The notes: a model not told the origin generated them from the sequence alone. 64,000 nt of DNA from Camelus ferus (GCF_009834535.1 NC_045697.1:24926001-24990000), one strand, 5' to 3'; numbered from the stretch's first letter, positions 26,951 through 38,372 are shown. Translations and numbers: made by a program.

Positions 26951-28635
26951 AAAGTTTCATCATTTGCAGTTGATACAATAGTTCAGTTGAAATATCCTAA
27001 GCAGTCAGGTAAAATCTACAGGTATTAATTTACTTTAGTGTAGTGAGTGACAAAGTTTATTGACAGTTATCATTCAATTGGATAATATCAGAAAATAAAA
27101 TGCAAAAATTTCTCTATCCCATATTGTATAACAATAAATTTGAGAAAGAATAAGTAGTTTGATAAAGATACAAAAAATTAAAATGAAACATCTCATTATT
27201 GTGATTATACTTATCACCTGTCGCTATATTTATATAAGCATATTTTCCTTTTCTTTATTTAGATAATGCACCTGAGTTATCCAAGTCTGTTAGTTACATA
27301 TGTCTAATATAGTTAAGTATGTTTAGTGTCACAAAACTTATATATATATATATATGTATGCAAAAATCACTGATGACTATGGCTATGAAATCCTTGCAAA
27401 CAGATGTTAATTGTTCTTTTAATTCCCCAGAAAATATAAAGGTCATAACAGGTACACGGTATATGTTTATCAGATGAATAAACAAGGTAGAATAAATAAA
27501 TGCATAATGTAATACTATTAAACATTGGTCTGATACCATGAAGAAATTAGAAAATTTTATTCTACAGTTTTCAAATGTTTAGGCACGGGAAGTTCCTCTA
27601 AGCAGTTCTAGGCTCAACGGAGCGCACATTTACACTTGGAGTATTTACCTGACTTTCAACGATACAGACTCAAACAAATGTTTTGCACCTGCACAGAGAA
27701 AAGGCCCCCAAAGAAGCCCAAATATCACAGCAAAAGGGACAAGGGCTATGTAGGGCAATCCTGACTCCTGGGCTCTCCATCTGCTCCAGAATAGATTAAA
27801 TGCTTGAAAAGGAAGAATATGTTTTGGCAGCACTGCGAGATCTATATCCCCAAGGCAAAATTGAAGACATAGTTGCATTCAATACAGACATAGATCTCTA
27901 GAAAGATATTTTCATAAGCAAGAGTTGCAGGCATTCAGCTGCACGTGCCAAGAATATCTCATGAAACAGAGTGCAGGCCCGGAATGAACATGCTGGAGTA
28001 CGAGAGGCGACTGTTGAAACACTAACTGCTTCAGTGACACCCACAGCAGCAGGAGATGACAACAATGGTAGTATCAGCAGCAAAAAAAGGGCTATTTTTC
28101 CATTTATAAATGCAATTGAACATATGGCTAGCTTAATTAGGACTTTTCTCATTAACTCAGAGTAGGCAGCCTCAATTGAAGCACTCTTGATAGAGAATCT
28201 GCATGAATAACGATCTATAGATTTGCAAAAAGACCATTTAATAAGTTGGAAACCAAGAAGTCAGCTATGAGCATCTGTGCAACATTTGCTTATTTTCACC
28301 ATATTTAGTCGCTCTCTGCTGTGTACCAGGAGCCCTTGAGCCACATTCAAAACCCCCACTGACAAGAATGGTTTATTTAATGCCACCTTCAAAGAATCTG
28401 CCTGTAGTCAGAAGTTGAAGCACCATTAAAACACAAGAAAATATTAGCAGAGCTACATTTGTATGCTGTAATTAGGTTAATGTTACAGGTGAAGCATGAA
28501 AAATAAATTTGGAATTTTCCTATAAGAAACCTAATACTGCCAGAACAGGTTATCTTTCTTCTCCATAGATAAGTAAAATGAAAGTAAAATGCTATTAGCA
28601 TGTGAACCTCTTATGGCATAGATGCACAATACAAT

Positions 28636-30324
28636 TGTTGCCAGAGAGTAGGTTCTTGTCTCCTCACAGAAAGAATTCAGAGACACGAAGGTCAAAAAAG
28701 TAAAATGAGGATTTATTAAGTGATAGGATGCTCTCAAGGGGAGAGCAGGTAGACTCAGATGAGGGCTGTAACTGAGTTTCTTTGGGAAGCTGGTTACATA
28801 AAGTTTAAAAATGAACTACAATGAGGTATCACCTCACACTAGTCAGAATGGCCATTATTCAAAAATCCACAAATGATAAATGCTGGAGAGGGTGCAGAAA
28901 AAAAGGAACCTTCCTATACTATTGGTGGGAATGCAGTTTGGTGCAGCCATTGTGGAAAACAGTATGGTAATTTCTCAAAAGACTAAAAATAGACCTACCA
29001 TATGATTTAGCTATTCCTCTCCTGGGCATATATCCAGAGGGAACTTTAATTCAAAAAGACACATGCATCTCAGTATTCACAGCAGCACTATTTACAATAG
29101 CCAAGACATGGAAACAACCTAAATGTCCATCACAGATGACTGGATAAAGAAGTGTGGTATATTTATACAATGGAATACTACTCAGCCATAAAAATAATAA
29201 AATAATGCCATTTGCAGCCAGATGGATGGCCCTGGAGAATGTCATTCCAAGTGAAGTAAGCCAGAAAGAGAAAGAAAAATGTATGATATCACTCATATAT
29301 GGAATCCAAAAAAAAAGACAAATGAACTTATCTGTAAAACAGAAACAAACTCACAGACATAGAAAACAAACTTATGGTTACCAGCAGGGAAGGGAGTGGG
29401 AAGGGATAAATTGAGAGTTCGAAATTTGCAGATACTTACTGGTATATATAAAACAGATAAATAAGTTTATACTGTATAGCACAGGGAATTATATTCAATG
29501 TCCTGTAGTAGGTGAAAAAGAATATGAAAATGAATATATGTAAATTCATGTATGACTGAAGCATTGTACTGTACACTAAAAATTGACACATTATAAACTG
29601 ACTATACTTCTAAAAAAAGAAAGAAATATATAGCACAATATCAATACACACTTTTCAAACAAAGAAACAAACAACAACAAAAAAAAAACCACACAAGTAG
29701 ATGATGCTTCCATCATCCTAAAACTAGTATTTGACCAGTATCAAAACCCTCTTTATCGAGGTTGTAATTACTATTTAATTCTTGAAAATGGTGTTCAAAC
29801 TAACATGAAATTTTGTTCAGTTTAATAAAATACTACCTAATTAAAAATAAGCTTTACTGTTATCTCTAGGGATATATTAGTATCATTAAAAAGAATGTAT
29901 GGCTGAAAAAAAATGAGTAAGTGGAATATACATTGGTGATGGATGGGCCTGGGGTCCTATTCCCCAATTTCCATTCGAACTCTGCCTTCCCAAGGGGAGG
30001 AGGGATTTTTGTCCTTATTTAGTCTCAATTGAAAGTGTCACGGTGTCAGTGCATGATAGGTACTTCTAATCTGTAAGTCTAATTTTATTGTAATGAGGGC
30101 TCAATGAGCTAAAGGTTACATTCAGATGCTGGAGATTCCTGCCTTTTCCCACCTTTCTTTGTGGTGACATTGTCACCTCAAAATGTAAGATTTCTCTGTC
30201 AGTCCAGAGGTTCCTGCTTTTCTCTGTCTGCCCAAGGACCTCCCTTGTTCACAAGCTGTATGGCTTCCTGCCATTTGGCCCGTGCCCCTCTTTCTCTGCT
30301 CATATCTATCTGCCTGCTCTAACA
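28636..30324 (-). mobile_element. ERV1-type solo LTR interrupted by an L1 (LTR parts 28636-28814 and 29917-30324)
   Basis: TGTTG...AACA termini; flanks CAAT/AAAT (4 bp, one mismatch); TTTATT (reverse poly(A) signal) near 28712. Confidence 0.75.
28815..29626 (+). mobile_element. 5'-truncated camelid-type L1 (ORF2 end + 3' UTR)
   Basis: ACTACAATGAGGTATCACCTCACAC...; closely similar to 4275-5120; A-rich tail at 29612-29626. Confidence 0.95.
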
Positions 30325-30519
30325 AAATGACAGCATAATTTTTAAGAACAGGCCATTCTTTTGTATTTCTTAGTGTACTTAACATTTAAGATTTGGAGTG
30401 AGGTAGGAATAGAAGGACAATTAAAGAGCAGGTCCTTATTATAATGTCTGGATGGGCTTAGACAAAGAAGCAAAGATGGATGATATTTTTGTTCAAAATT
30501 TAAAGAAGCAAGTAAGTAA

Positions 30520-30760
30520 TTAAGACAGGAAGAGCTCAGACTCCAGCATCAGCAACCTGGTTTCAAGCGTCCATTACTCCGCTTTTCACCTTAGGCAAAT
30601 TACTTATCTTCACTGAACTCACTCCACAATCAAGAAAATGGATGTGACAACATTACCCTGCCTTCGTTGGGTGGGTATGAGTGGTCACTTTGTTAATATA
30701 TTTAACGTATTTAACATCTACCAGAGGGGCAGAGCTTAATGAATGTGAGATATTATGATG
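30520..30760 (+). mobile_element. MIR SINE
   Basis: AGAGCTCAGACTCCAGCATCAG...CCTTAGGCAAATTACTTATCTTCACTGAACTCA. Confidence 0.6.
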
Positions 30761-30860
30761 AAGAACACTTGGATTTTAGTGTTTAAATTATTTACATGGG
30801 AGACCCAATTCTTTTTATTTAGTTAACAGAGATGGAGCTACAAATTCCGTTTCTCGGAGC

Positions 30861-30995
30861 CAGTTTCCCAACTTGTTCTAATTATCAGAATCTGTTAGTG
30901 TACTTGCTAAAAATCCAGGTTCCCAAGGCCTACCCTTGGAGATTTCAATCTAGTAGAAATAGGGCAGAGCATGGGAATCTGCCAAGTTTTGGAAA
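30861..30995. mobile_element. hAT-Charlie MITE (MER5-like)
   Basis: CAGTTTCCCAACTT...TCAGAATC...CTTGCTAAAAATCCAGGTTCCCAAGGCCTACCC. Confidence 0.6.
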
Positions 30996-31316
30996 CGCAA
31001 TCCACGTGGCTAGAAATTAAGCACAATCCAAGTGAACATTTCTTAGTGCCTTAAAACAATACAGGTATTAGCCTGCAAATAAAGTATAAAGTCATTTTGT
31101 TTCCTCATGATTTTTAAATATTTAAGTAACAACTAAACACTTCCTGTTCATAATTAAGACTAAACAATTCTTTAGTTCTCTGAAATGATGAATTTTTAAA
31201 GGAGAAACACATATCTAAAATACTCTCCCCTCCAGTATAAACTGAGTATAGTAAATTACATTAATTAACAATAACAAAAAATACATTTCTTTCCTTCTAT
31301 ATATTCCCTCACCTTT

Positions 31317-32328
31317 ATGACGGGAGATAACTCTCTATGGGCTTTTTATGTTTCTGTATATCTTAGACCAGAGGCACTACTTTAATTTTTCAGACTATTT
31401 TTTTAAGATGCATGTAGTGAACTGGTGCAGAGATATTATCTCGTTCCAGAACAGAGGACAGACATTCTCACTACCATTACAAAAGATTTGGGTTCCTAAT
31501 CTCAGGGTCTGCCTCCTGTAATGAAACTCACTGTGTGTGTAAGTATCCTCTGGCCCTTTAGAAACTGGGGATTGGAGTGTTAGGTAGTTAGATAAGCTGG
31601 GGCACTGGACAGATAGGTGGAGGAGAGAAGGATGGTCTGGAAGATGGTGTTATGCCCGCCTCCAGCATAAAGGGACTTTACTTCTCCCACATGAGTGTCA
31701 GCAAGAAACAGGTTAGACCCTGACAGCCACAACCTCACCGTAGCAAAAAGGACTTAACCAAAGGATTTAACTGGACATGACCTGATGTTCATTGTATTAT
31801 AACTAACATTGCGATTTAGGCTGCCCCTTTGGGTTTTTCTATGCATACCATGGTAAGTACATGCTCAAAGGGATTAAACATGACTAAGCATTCCAGGAAC
31901 AATAGCTGTCAACCAATCAAAAGACCATGTCTAAGAGAGTAGGTATAAGAGAAACAGGAGACAGAGAACACCACAATTGCTCCTTGAATCAGCCCACCTC
32001 CTGCTCTTGTCAGCATATTATTCTTTTCCTAAATAAACTTTTAAAATCTTATTGCTACACAATGCTTTCCATCTCCCATCTATAAATCTTACCTTTAGGT
32101 TAAGACATGAATCAGGTTTTTTGTTTATTTGTTTGTTTCCCTAATGGGTAACAAGAGAACCAATAAAATTGATAATACACTGCTTACTGCCATTGCTGTG
32201 ATTAATAAATTGCCATTTCTCTGATCCGGGAGACCCATGTCTTCTATCAGCTTTCAGGAAAGTGAGGCATACTAAGTTGTTGGCATGCAAATAGGGCAAA
32301 ATCTAAAACACTTCACAGTTCTTGACCA
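31317..32328 (+). mobile_element. Old eutherian ERV LTR (MER77/MER90-type, family uncertain) hosting a younger LTR
   Basis: Continuous LTR-like sequence either side of 31578-32153; AATAAA near 32211; ends CACTTCACAGTTCTTGAC. Confidence 0.7.
31578..32153 (+). mobile_element. Younger ERV1-type solo LTR (576 bp), nested
   Basis: TGTTA...TAACA inverted termini; 4-bp flanks GGAG/AGAG; CCAAT 31913, TATAA 31944, AATAAA 32032. Confidence 0.85.
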
Positions 32329-34074
32329 ATGTAGGTAATTTCTTTGTGTAAGCTGCTTTTTAGTTATCCTGAATATATGCTCTGCAGTATGTTTTGAAGA
32401 TCTAAAGTTAATGGGAATCCTGATATGAATGGTGTTATGAAAGAAAGAATTAAGAATGGCTGAATTTTAGGTTGTAAATATGTACTTTGATTTCCAAAAT
32501 CAAAGATTTTTAAAAGAGTGAAAAGTAAATTTAACACATCAACTAGTTCTCTGATAATATAACGGTATTTCTGCAAATGAATTTCCATGTGTTTGGCACT
32601 GGTTGACTTCAAATCTGTCTGTTTCTCCTTTTGATTCTGATCAGATATAACTGTTCTCAAGGGAAAAGCTTTGTTGTCTTTTCAATGAGTTATTTTTTTT
32701 CTGGGTTAACCCTACATAAGAAGCAAGTCTAAGTCACAATCAGGCAGCCAAACTGATGAGTAGCTAGGAATTAAATTTATAAAAAGTTTCAAGAACAGAG
32801 ATTCTTAGTTTACAGAGCAGGAAAAAAAAGAGAGAGAGATAAAATAGATTAAAATTTCCAAAGTTAGTCAGACATTGATCAGATTCAGGATAAAAATCAA
32901 CAGCACAGAGTTTATGGCTCAAAGATAAAAATTAGTGTGAGAAAGAATGACTACCCAGGGAGAGGATACCTCAGGTTTCAGATGTCAGAGCATTACTGGG
33001 ACTGTCCTTCTTTTGACTTATTCTTCAACAGCCTTAAAACCTCCCTGTGTTTATTTTCTTTTTGGATTTTTAAAATATAACTCATTCTTTTTTTTCCCTG
33101 TATCTTTGAGAAATCTCTCCGTCCTACCATCCCCTGATACCTTGCCCACTTTAAACTCTGAGCAGACCAATTGTTTCATGAATCATGAATTTTTTTAAAA
33201 CTTGCTTAAATATAGCATCTCTTAATGGATAAGAATCATCCACAACTTATTTTTCTCATCTCTCAAAATAGTATTTTCACTTCCCATTTATGTTTTCTTA
33301 TATTCCTTTGCATGTAGATTCTGCATAATATATCATTCCCTTGGATTTATAAATATGAATTCCAAATTCTTCTTTCTCTTTGTTAGTAGGCTCAGAGGGA
33401 TAGTGACAATGATTCCTAATTCTTTTGAACCCTCTCCCAACATACACTGCTAAATGATGATAATACCATGCTGCTGCCTTCACTAGACTATTTTCCTGCT
33501 GCCTCGCTTCTGATATCCTTAATCTCTGAATTATGATGCCAAGTGAAAAATACTTTATGGTATTGGTCATATTTCTTCTTATTCAGTGTGGTTCTCGTGA
33601 TTATTTTTGCCATTATAACTAAAAACAATTTCTGTCCAAGAAGAAACAAGACACATGTAGTAGTGACATCTTGACTTAACAGTAACAGATAGTATTTCCA
33701 AAGCTAAAATCAACAGAATTGATGCCAAGAAGAATTAACATGTACCTCAGTATTATCCTCCATGGGAAGAAAGCCAATAAAGTGGTGTAGCTTGCCAAAA
33801 CTCTGTAACCTTTTAATGTGAGCACAGTTTTTCAGTGTTATTTGTTATTTTTTGCAGGAAAAAAATAATCACAAACTCATTGCTTATGAAAACAGTTTGT
33901 CTCTTGCAAGTGAGATGGAGAGTTAAAAAAAAAAAAAGAAAGAGCATAGATTGGAGTCTTATACTCTATGTTCCCTTCCACATTATTTTAAAAGTTTTCC
34001 AAATATTGTAATTTATGCAATAGGTTTAGAAATAAATTGATTTACTAAGTTGAGATGTATCTTACAAGGTGAAA

Positions 34075-34280
34075 CTAGCTATGCTGAACTGAGCTTACAC
34101 TGCCTTGGAATTGCCAACTGTCCACATTTCTCCCAACTCCAAGTTTCAGGGGCAACGTTCAGTAGATTGAAATTGGCTGTTATGGGAGACTTTATACCAC
34201 AGCAATCAGCAAATGCTATATTAAGGCTTTTTAAATTTATTTATTTATTCCGAAGAACTGGTTTATTGTAATACATCTGT
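34075..34280. mobile_element. hAT MITE (MER63-like)
   Basis: TCTCCCAACTCC...TTGAAATTGGCTGTTATGGGAGACTTTATACCACAG...GCAAATGCTA; related copy at 49955-50198. Confidence 0.6.
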
Positions 34281-34440
34281 TTATGACTAAAGATATAAAC
34301 ATATAATCATGGTTTATTATTAAATATCAGAGGTTAGATCTTCTGTTCAAAAACCTCACCTCTTACAAAAGCTTGAAGAAGTCACATGTAGGTAACAAAC
34401 TGTGAGTCCACTGCAGATATTGGTTAGTGTTTAACTTCTT

Positions 34441-34997
34441 TATTTTTTATTGAAATATGATTGCTTTACACTATTATATTACTTTCAAGTGTACAGCATA
34501 GTGATTCAATATTTTTATAAGATTATACTCCCTTTAAAGTTATTACAAAATAATGGCTACACTTCCCTGTGCTGTATGATATATCCCATTGCTTATCTAT
34601 TTTAAACATAGTAGTTTGTATCTCTTAATCTCCTTCACCTGTCTTGTCCCTCTTCCCTTCCCTCTCCCTACCAGTATTTACTATTTTGTTTTCTGTATCT
34701 GTGTATCTGTTTCTGTTTCGTTATATACATCTGTTTGTTTTATCTTTTAGATTCCATACAGAAGTGATAACATACAGTATTTGTTTTTCTCTGACTTATT
34801 TTACTAAGCATAATACTCTCTAGGTCCATCCATGTTGTTCCAAATGGCAGAATTTCATTCCTTTTTATGGCTGAGTAATATTCCACTGTATCTATATACC
34901 ACATCTTCTTTATCCCTTCACCTGTTAATGGACGCTTGGGCTGCTTCTATATCTTTTTTATGGTAAATAATGCTACTATTAACATTGAGGTGAATGC
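34441..34997 (-). mobile_element. Artiodactyl-type L1 3' UTR fragment
   Basis: T-rich start; GGTCCATCCATGTTGTTCCAAATGGCAGAATTTCATTCCTTTTTATGGCTGAGTAATATTCC; degenerate TSD 34426-34440 / 34998-35012 (11/15). Confidence 0.9.
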
Positions 34998-35755
34998 AGC
35001 ACTTCACTTCTTATTCTAGCTATTCCTACTCAGATTATTACTAAGTAAAAAAAAATATATTAAATAAATTTTAGAGTTGACTATGTTTCGCTGTAGAATT
35101 TCTGCTCTTTACTGAACTTGGAAATCTAACAAAAACAAGTGATTTTTTATTCTCTTAAAATATTTGATTTGAAAGATCATTTTCCAGTGATCATTTATTA
35201 CAGTGTTTTTGAATTTTGAACAGAATACTACAACGTGTATTTTTCAAAGAAGGATTGCCAGGTGCCTAAGAATTATTTAATCATGACTTATTAAAGCACC
35301 ACATAATTTGGTTAGTATTCTATGTCTCATAGTTTTAATCATGCTTATAAAATATAATGATATATTTAATCCATATTATAAAATCCATGTCATAAAAATA
35401 TGGTTCCGTATTCTTTCTTCTGAGGCATATATAGGAGATTATACCTATACTTTTATATAACTATTAGTCAGTATTTTACCTCACAAGATAGGACTTGATT
35501 CTGTTTTTCTTACTATTGTATATCAAGGACTGATATAATGCCTTAAAAAAAAAGTTATTGTTTGAAAGAACAAATAAGTAAACAGAAACAAATGAATAAA
35601 ATATTATCTTTAACATAGTCTAAGATTTTTCTTCAAATAATTCTTTCTACAGAGTAATTTTTTTCCAAATAGAGAAATGTGATGATTTCTAATTTGACCT
35701 TCTACCTTACAGTCTAAATACCATTAATCTTATTTTTGTCTCTGCATGGAAGATT

Positions 35756-36219
35756 TGAGACAGGAGGGAAAGGGGCAAGGCACAACCATTAAAGAATGAC
35801 ACAACAATTGAGGATAGGTCATAAACTGGTTAGAACCAAATCAGCCCAAGATGATGAAAGATTTGACTTCCAGTAGACCTTGAGCCTTACTACACATCCA
35901 CGGGTGCTCTGACAGTTCCCAGGCTGATCATGAAAGGCCAAAAAATGGGTGAGGCCAATGGGTGAGGCCCCAATTCTTGAAAATCCCTGCCCCTTCCACA
36001 AAACAATTGGAATAATCCTCCCACTTGTTATCATATGAAATGACCCAGTCCATAAAAACTAACCACCCCAACACCTCAGGGCTGCCTCTCTTGCCTTCTA
36101 AGATGGCCTGGATTCTGTGTATTGAGTGTTTATTGCTCTAAATAAATTTGCTTTTGCCTTGCCATGGCTTGCTCTTGAATTCTTTCATGCTCAAGACAAG
36201 AACCTATTCTCCAGTAACA
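35756..36219 (+). mobile_element. ERV1 solo LTR, MER41-like
   Basis: TG...CA termini; GAATAATCC...CATAAAAA...CTCAGGGCTGC...AATAAATTTGCTTT...TGAATTCTTTC...CAAGAACC...CCAGTAACA is collinear with the MER41 consensus as recalled. Confidence 0.8.
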
Positions 36220-37159
36220 ACTTTATCCTCTGCCTAGATTATCTGGTGAATGTCATTCAATTTTTATTTGATACCTTCCTTGATAAAGTGGGCCAACACA
36301 AAATTTATTCCGCTATCATTTGTTTAGTTAGATCTTGATGAAAAAACATTAAGAATAATAAATAAAGGTTAAATTAAGCTAAAGGCATTCAATAGCACAA
36401 ACATGGAATCATGTTTATTAATTGAGGGGTACATTTCCTTTTGCACATGTCTTTGCCTATTTTAATTAACAACTTAAAAACTGGATTGAGTTACCATGTT
36501 CTTCTATTTTCTAGCCTATTTTCCTAGTGTTTTAGCTACTTTAATTATTGCTGATCACTGACCTGAAGCAAAGAAGCAATTTCTTGTTAAAGTACTAATT
36601 ACCAACTAAGTGCTTAGTATTCAGGGCACAGAAAGCAAGGAAGAAAAGTAAGAGTTAAGGTGAAAATAAAAAGTGCTTAAATTTGTATGCAATTCCAGCT
36701 TCAGAGACTAGATATCTTTTTTTCTATGTAAATTTTATAAAGACTCTCTATTTACCTTAAATATTCTACCAAAAAAATAGTATATAGTGTATTAATAACC
36801 TGAGTCATATTTTTAAATGTTACAACAGTAGGTAATAAACAAAAGATTTAATTTCCACTCTATTATTGGTTACTGTAAGTACTTTTGCTAAGGAGAAAGA
36901 AAAAAAAAGCAAAGAAATTAAAGATCTATAATCATAATAAGTAAAAGCTCCCAAAATATTTATTTTAATCTAATACTATGGAGTTTCTTCAGACTTTGTT
37001 ATTATATTATTCTAACCAATATAAGCACATAATCTGAAAAAAAATTAAATTTTTATTGTGTACACTCATTCAGTATAAATAAAAAGAGATAAGGTTTAGC
37101 ATATGTTTGTAATTAGGCAATTATACAAAAACCCACTTATTTTAGAATTAAGTTACATT

Positions 37160-37664
37160 TTGGTAGACATCTCTGCCCCCTTGGGCTTCCTCCGTCCCCT
37201 TTAGTGTACGCTGTGCATCTGCTCTAACCAGATCTCCTTAGGAGATAACACTGTAAAGGGTCAGGATGACCCTGATTCTGTTTTTATTACTATTGGATCT
37301 GAAGGACTGATACAACGTCTGACAGATAATAAATATTTTTTTTGTCAGGATGTATTCTTGTAAAGGGTCAGGATGACCGACTACTCCATAATTCCTTACA
37401 AGATAACCTTCCTTCTTAATCTTGTAAGGGGTCATGATGACCTACTTCTGGCTTTGCATGTGCAGATATGAACTGTGTAAGCTGTGCATCATTAGAAGTA
37501 TAACCCTGTTTCAAACACTGACATAACTGTGTTTTGACCTCTAATGGGCAGAGCAGTCTTCAGAGATTTCTGAAAAACTGTCTCCTGGGTTATAATTCTC
37601 AGGTTGGCTTAAATAAATTTATACATTTCATTCTTAGATTGAGTATTGATTTCTTTCATTGACA
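37160..37664 (+). mobile_element. ERV1 LTR (3' end MER34/MER39-group-like); 5' boundary uncertain
   Basis: CTGTCTCCTGGGTTATAATTCTCAGGTTGGCTTAAATAAA...TTGACA 3' end; TATAA near 37499; internal triplicated motif. Confidence 0.75.
37259..37442. promoter_or_regulatory. Three consensus estrogen response element palindromes (GGTCAnnnTGACC); function unproven
   Basis: GGTCAggaTGACC 37259-37271, GGTCAggaTGACC 37366-37378, GGTCAtgaTGACC 37430-37442. Confidence 0.7.
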
Positions 37665-37757
37665 ATATAAATTCATTAATAAGTATATTTTATTATTATT
37701 ATTGTTTACCATTATGAAAAATAATATAAAATATCCATTTTATTTCACATAATACTC

Positions 37758-38043
37758 AAACAGAAACAGACTCACAGACATAGAATACAAACTTGTGGTT
37801 GCCAGAGGGACAGGGGGTGGGAAGGGACAGACAGGGATTTCAAAATGTAGAATAGACAAACAAGATTGTACTGTGTAGCACAGGGAAATATATACAGGGT
37901 CTTGTGGTGGCTCACAGCAAAAGAGAATGTGACAATGAATGTATGTATGTTTATGTATAACTGAAAAAGTGTGCTCTACACTGGAATTTGACACAACATT
38001 GTAAAATGACTATAACTCAATAAAAAAAAAGTTTTAAAAAAAA
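37758..38043 (+). mobile_element. Young camelid-type L1 3' UTR fragment
   Basis: Highly similar to 7337-7619; AATAAA and A tail; no clear TSD. Confidence 0.93.
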
Positions 38044-38189
38044 GTGGGATAGAGGGAGAGGAGGGAAAATGAGAGGTGAGGAGAAGAATTAAATGGGAAA
38101 AAAGGCAGGAAAAAGCATGTTATTACATAACACATCATTCCATCAGGGGACTGACAACAGACAGCGACATCCACCAACATGCAGAATAA

Positions 38190-38372
38190 TGTGGTTCTAT
38201 CCCAGTTTACCACTGAGGTAACTGGTATAGAAATCAGTTTATTATTAATTTACTAATGAGGAAATGGGCACAGAGACATTAAGTAACCTGTCTGAGTCAC
38301 ACAGCTGTTAAGTCTGGCTTTCAATCTAGGTGAGTCTCACCCCAAAGATGATGTTCAGAGTCACTACACCAT
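38190..38372 (-). mobile_element. MIR SINE
   Basis: TTTACTAATGAGGAAATGGGCACAGAGACATTAAGTAACCTGTCTGAGTCACACAGCT. Confidence 0.75.

Noticed and set aside
27898..28165. Overlapping ORFs, one with a hydrophobic signal-peptide-like N-terminus (MRKVLIKLAICSIAFINGKIALFLLLILPLL)
   Set aside because: Short, no recognisable homology, and no convincing promoter or splice context; hydrophobic ORFs arise easily in T-rich DNA
37252..37445. CRISPR-like repeat-spacer array
   Set aside because: Mammalian LTR context, only three ~20-bp units, unequal spacers, no cas genes
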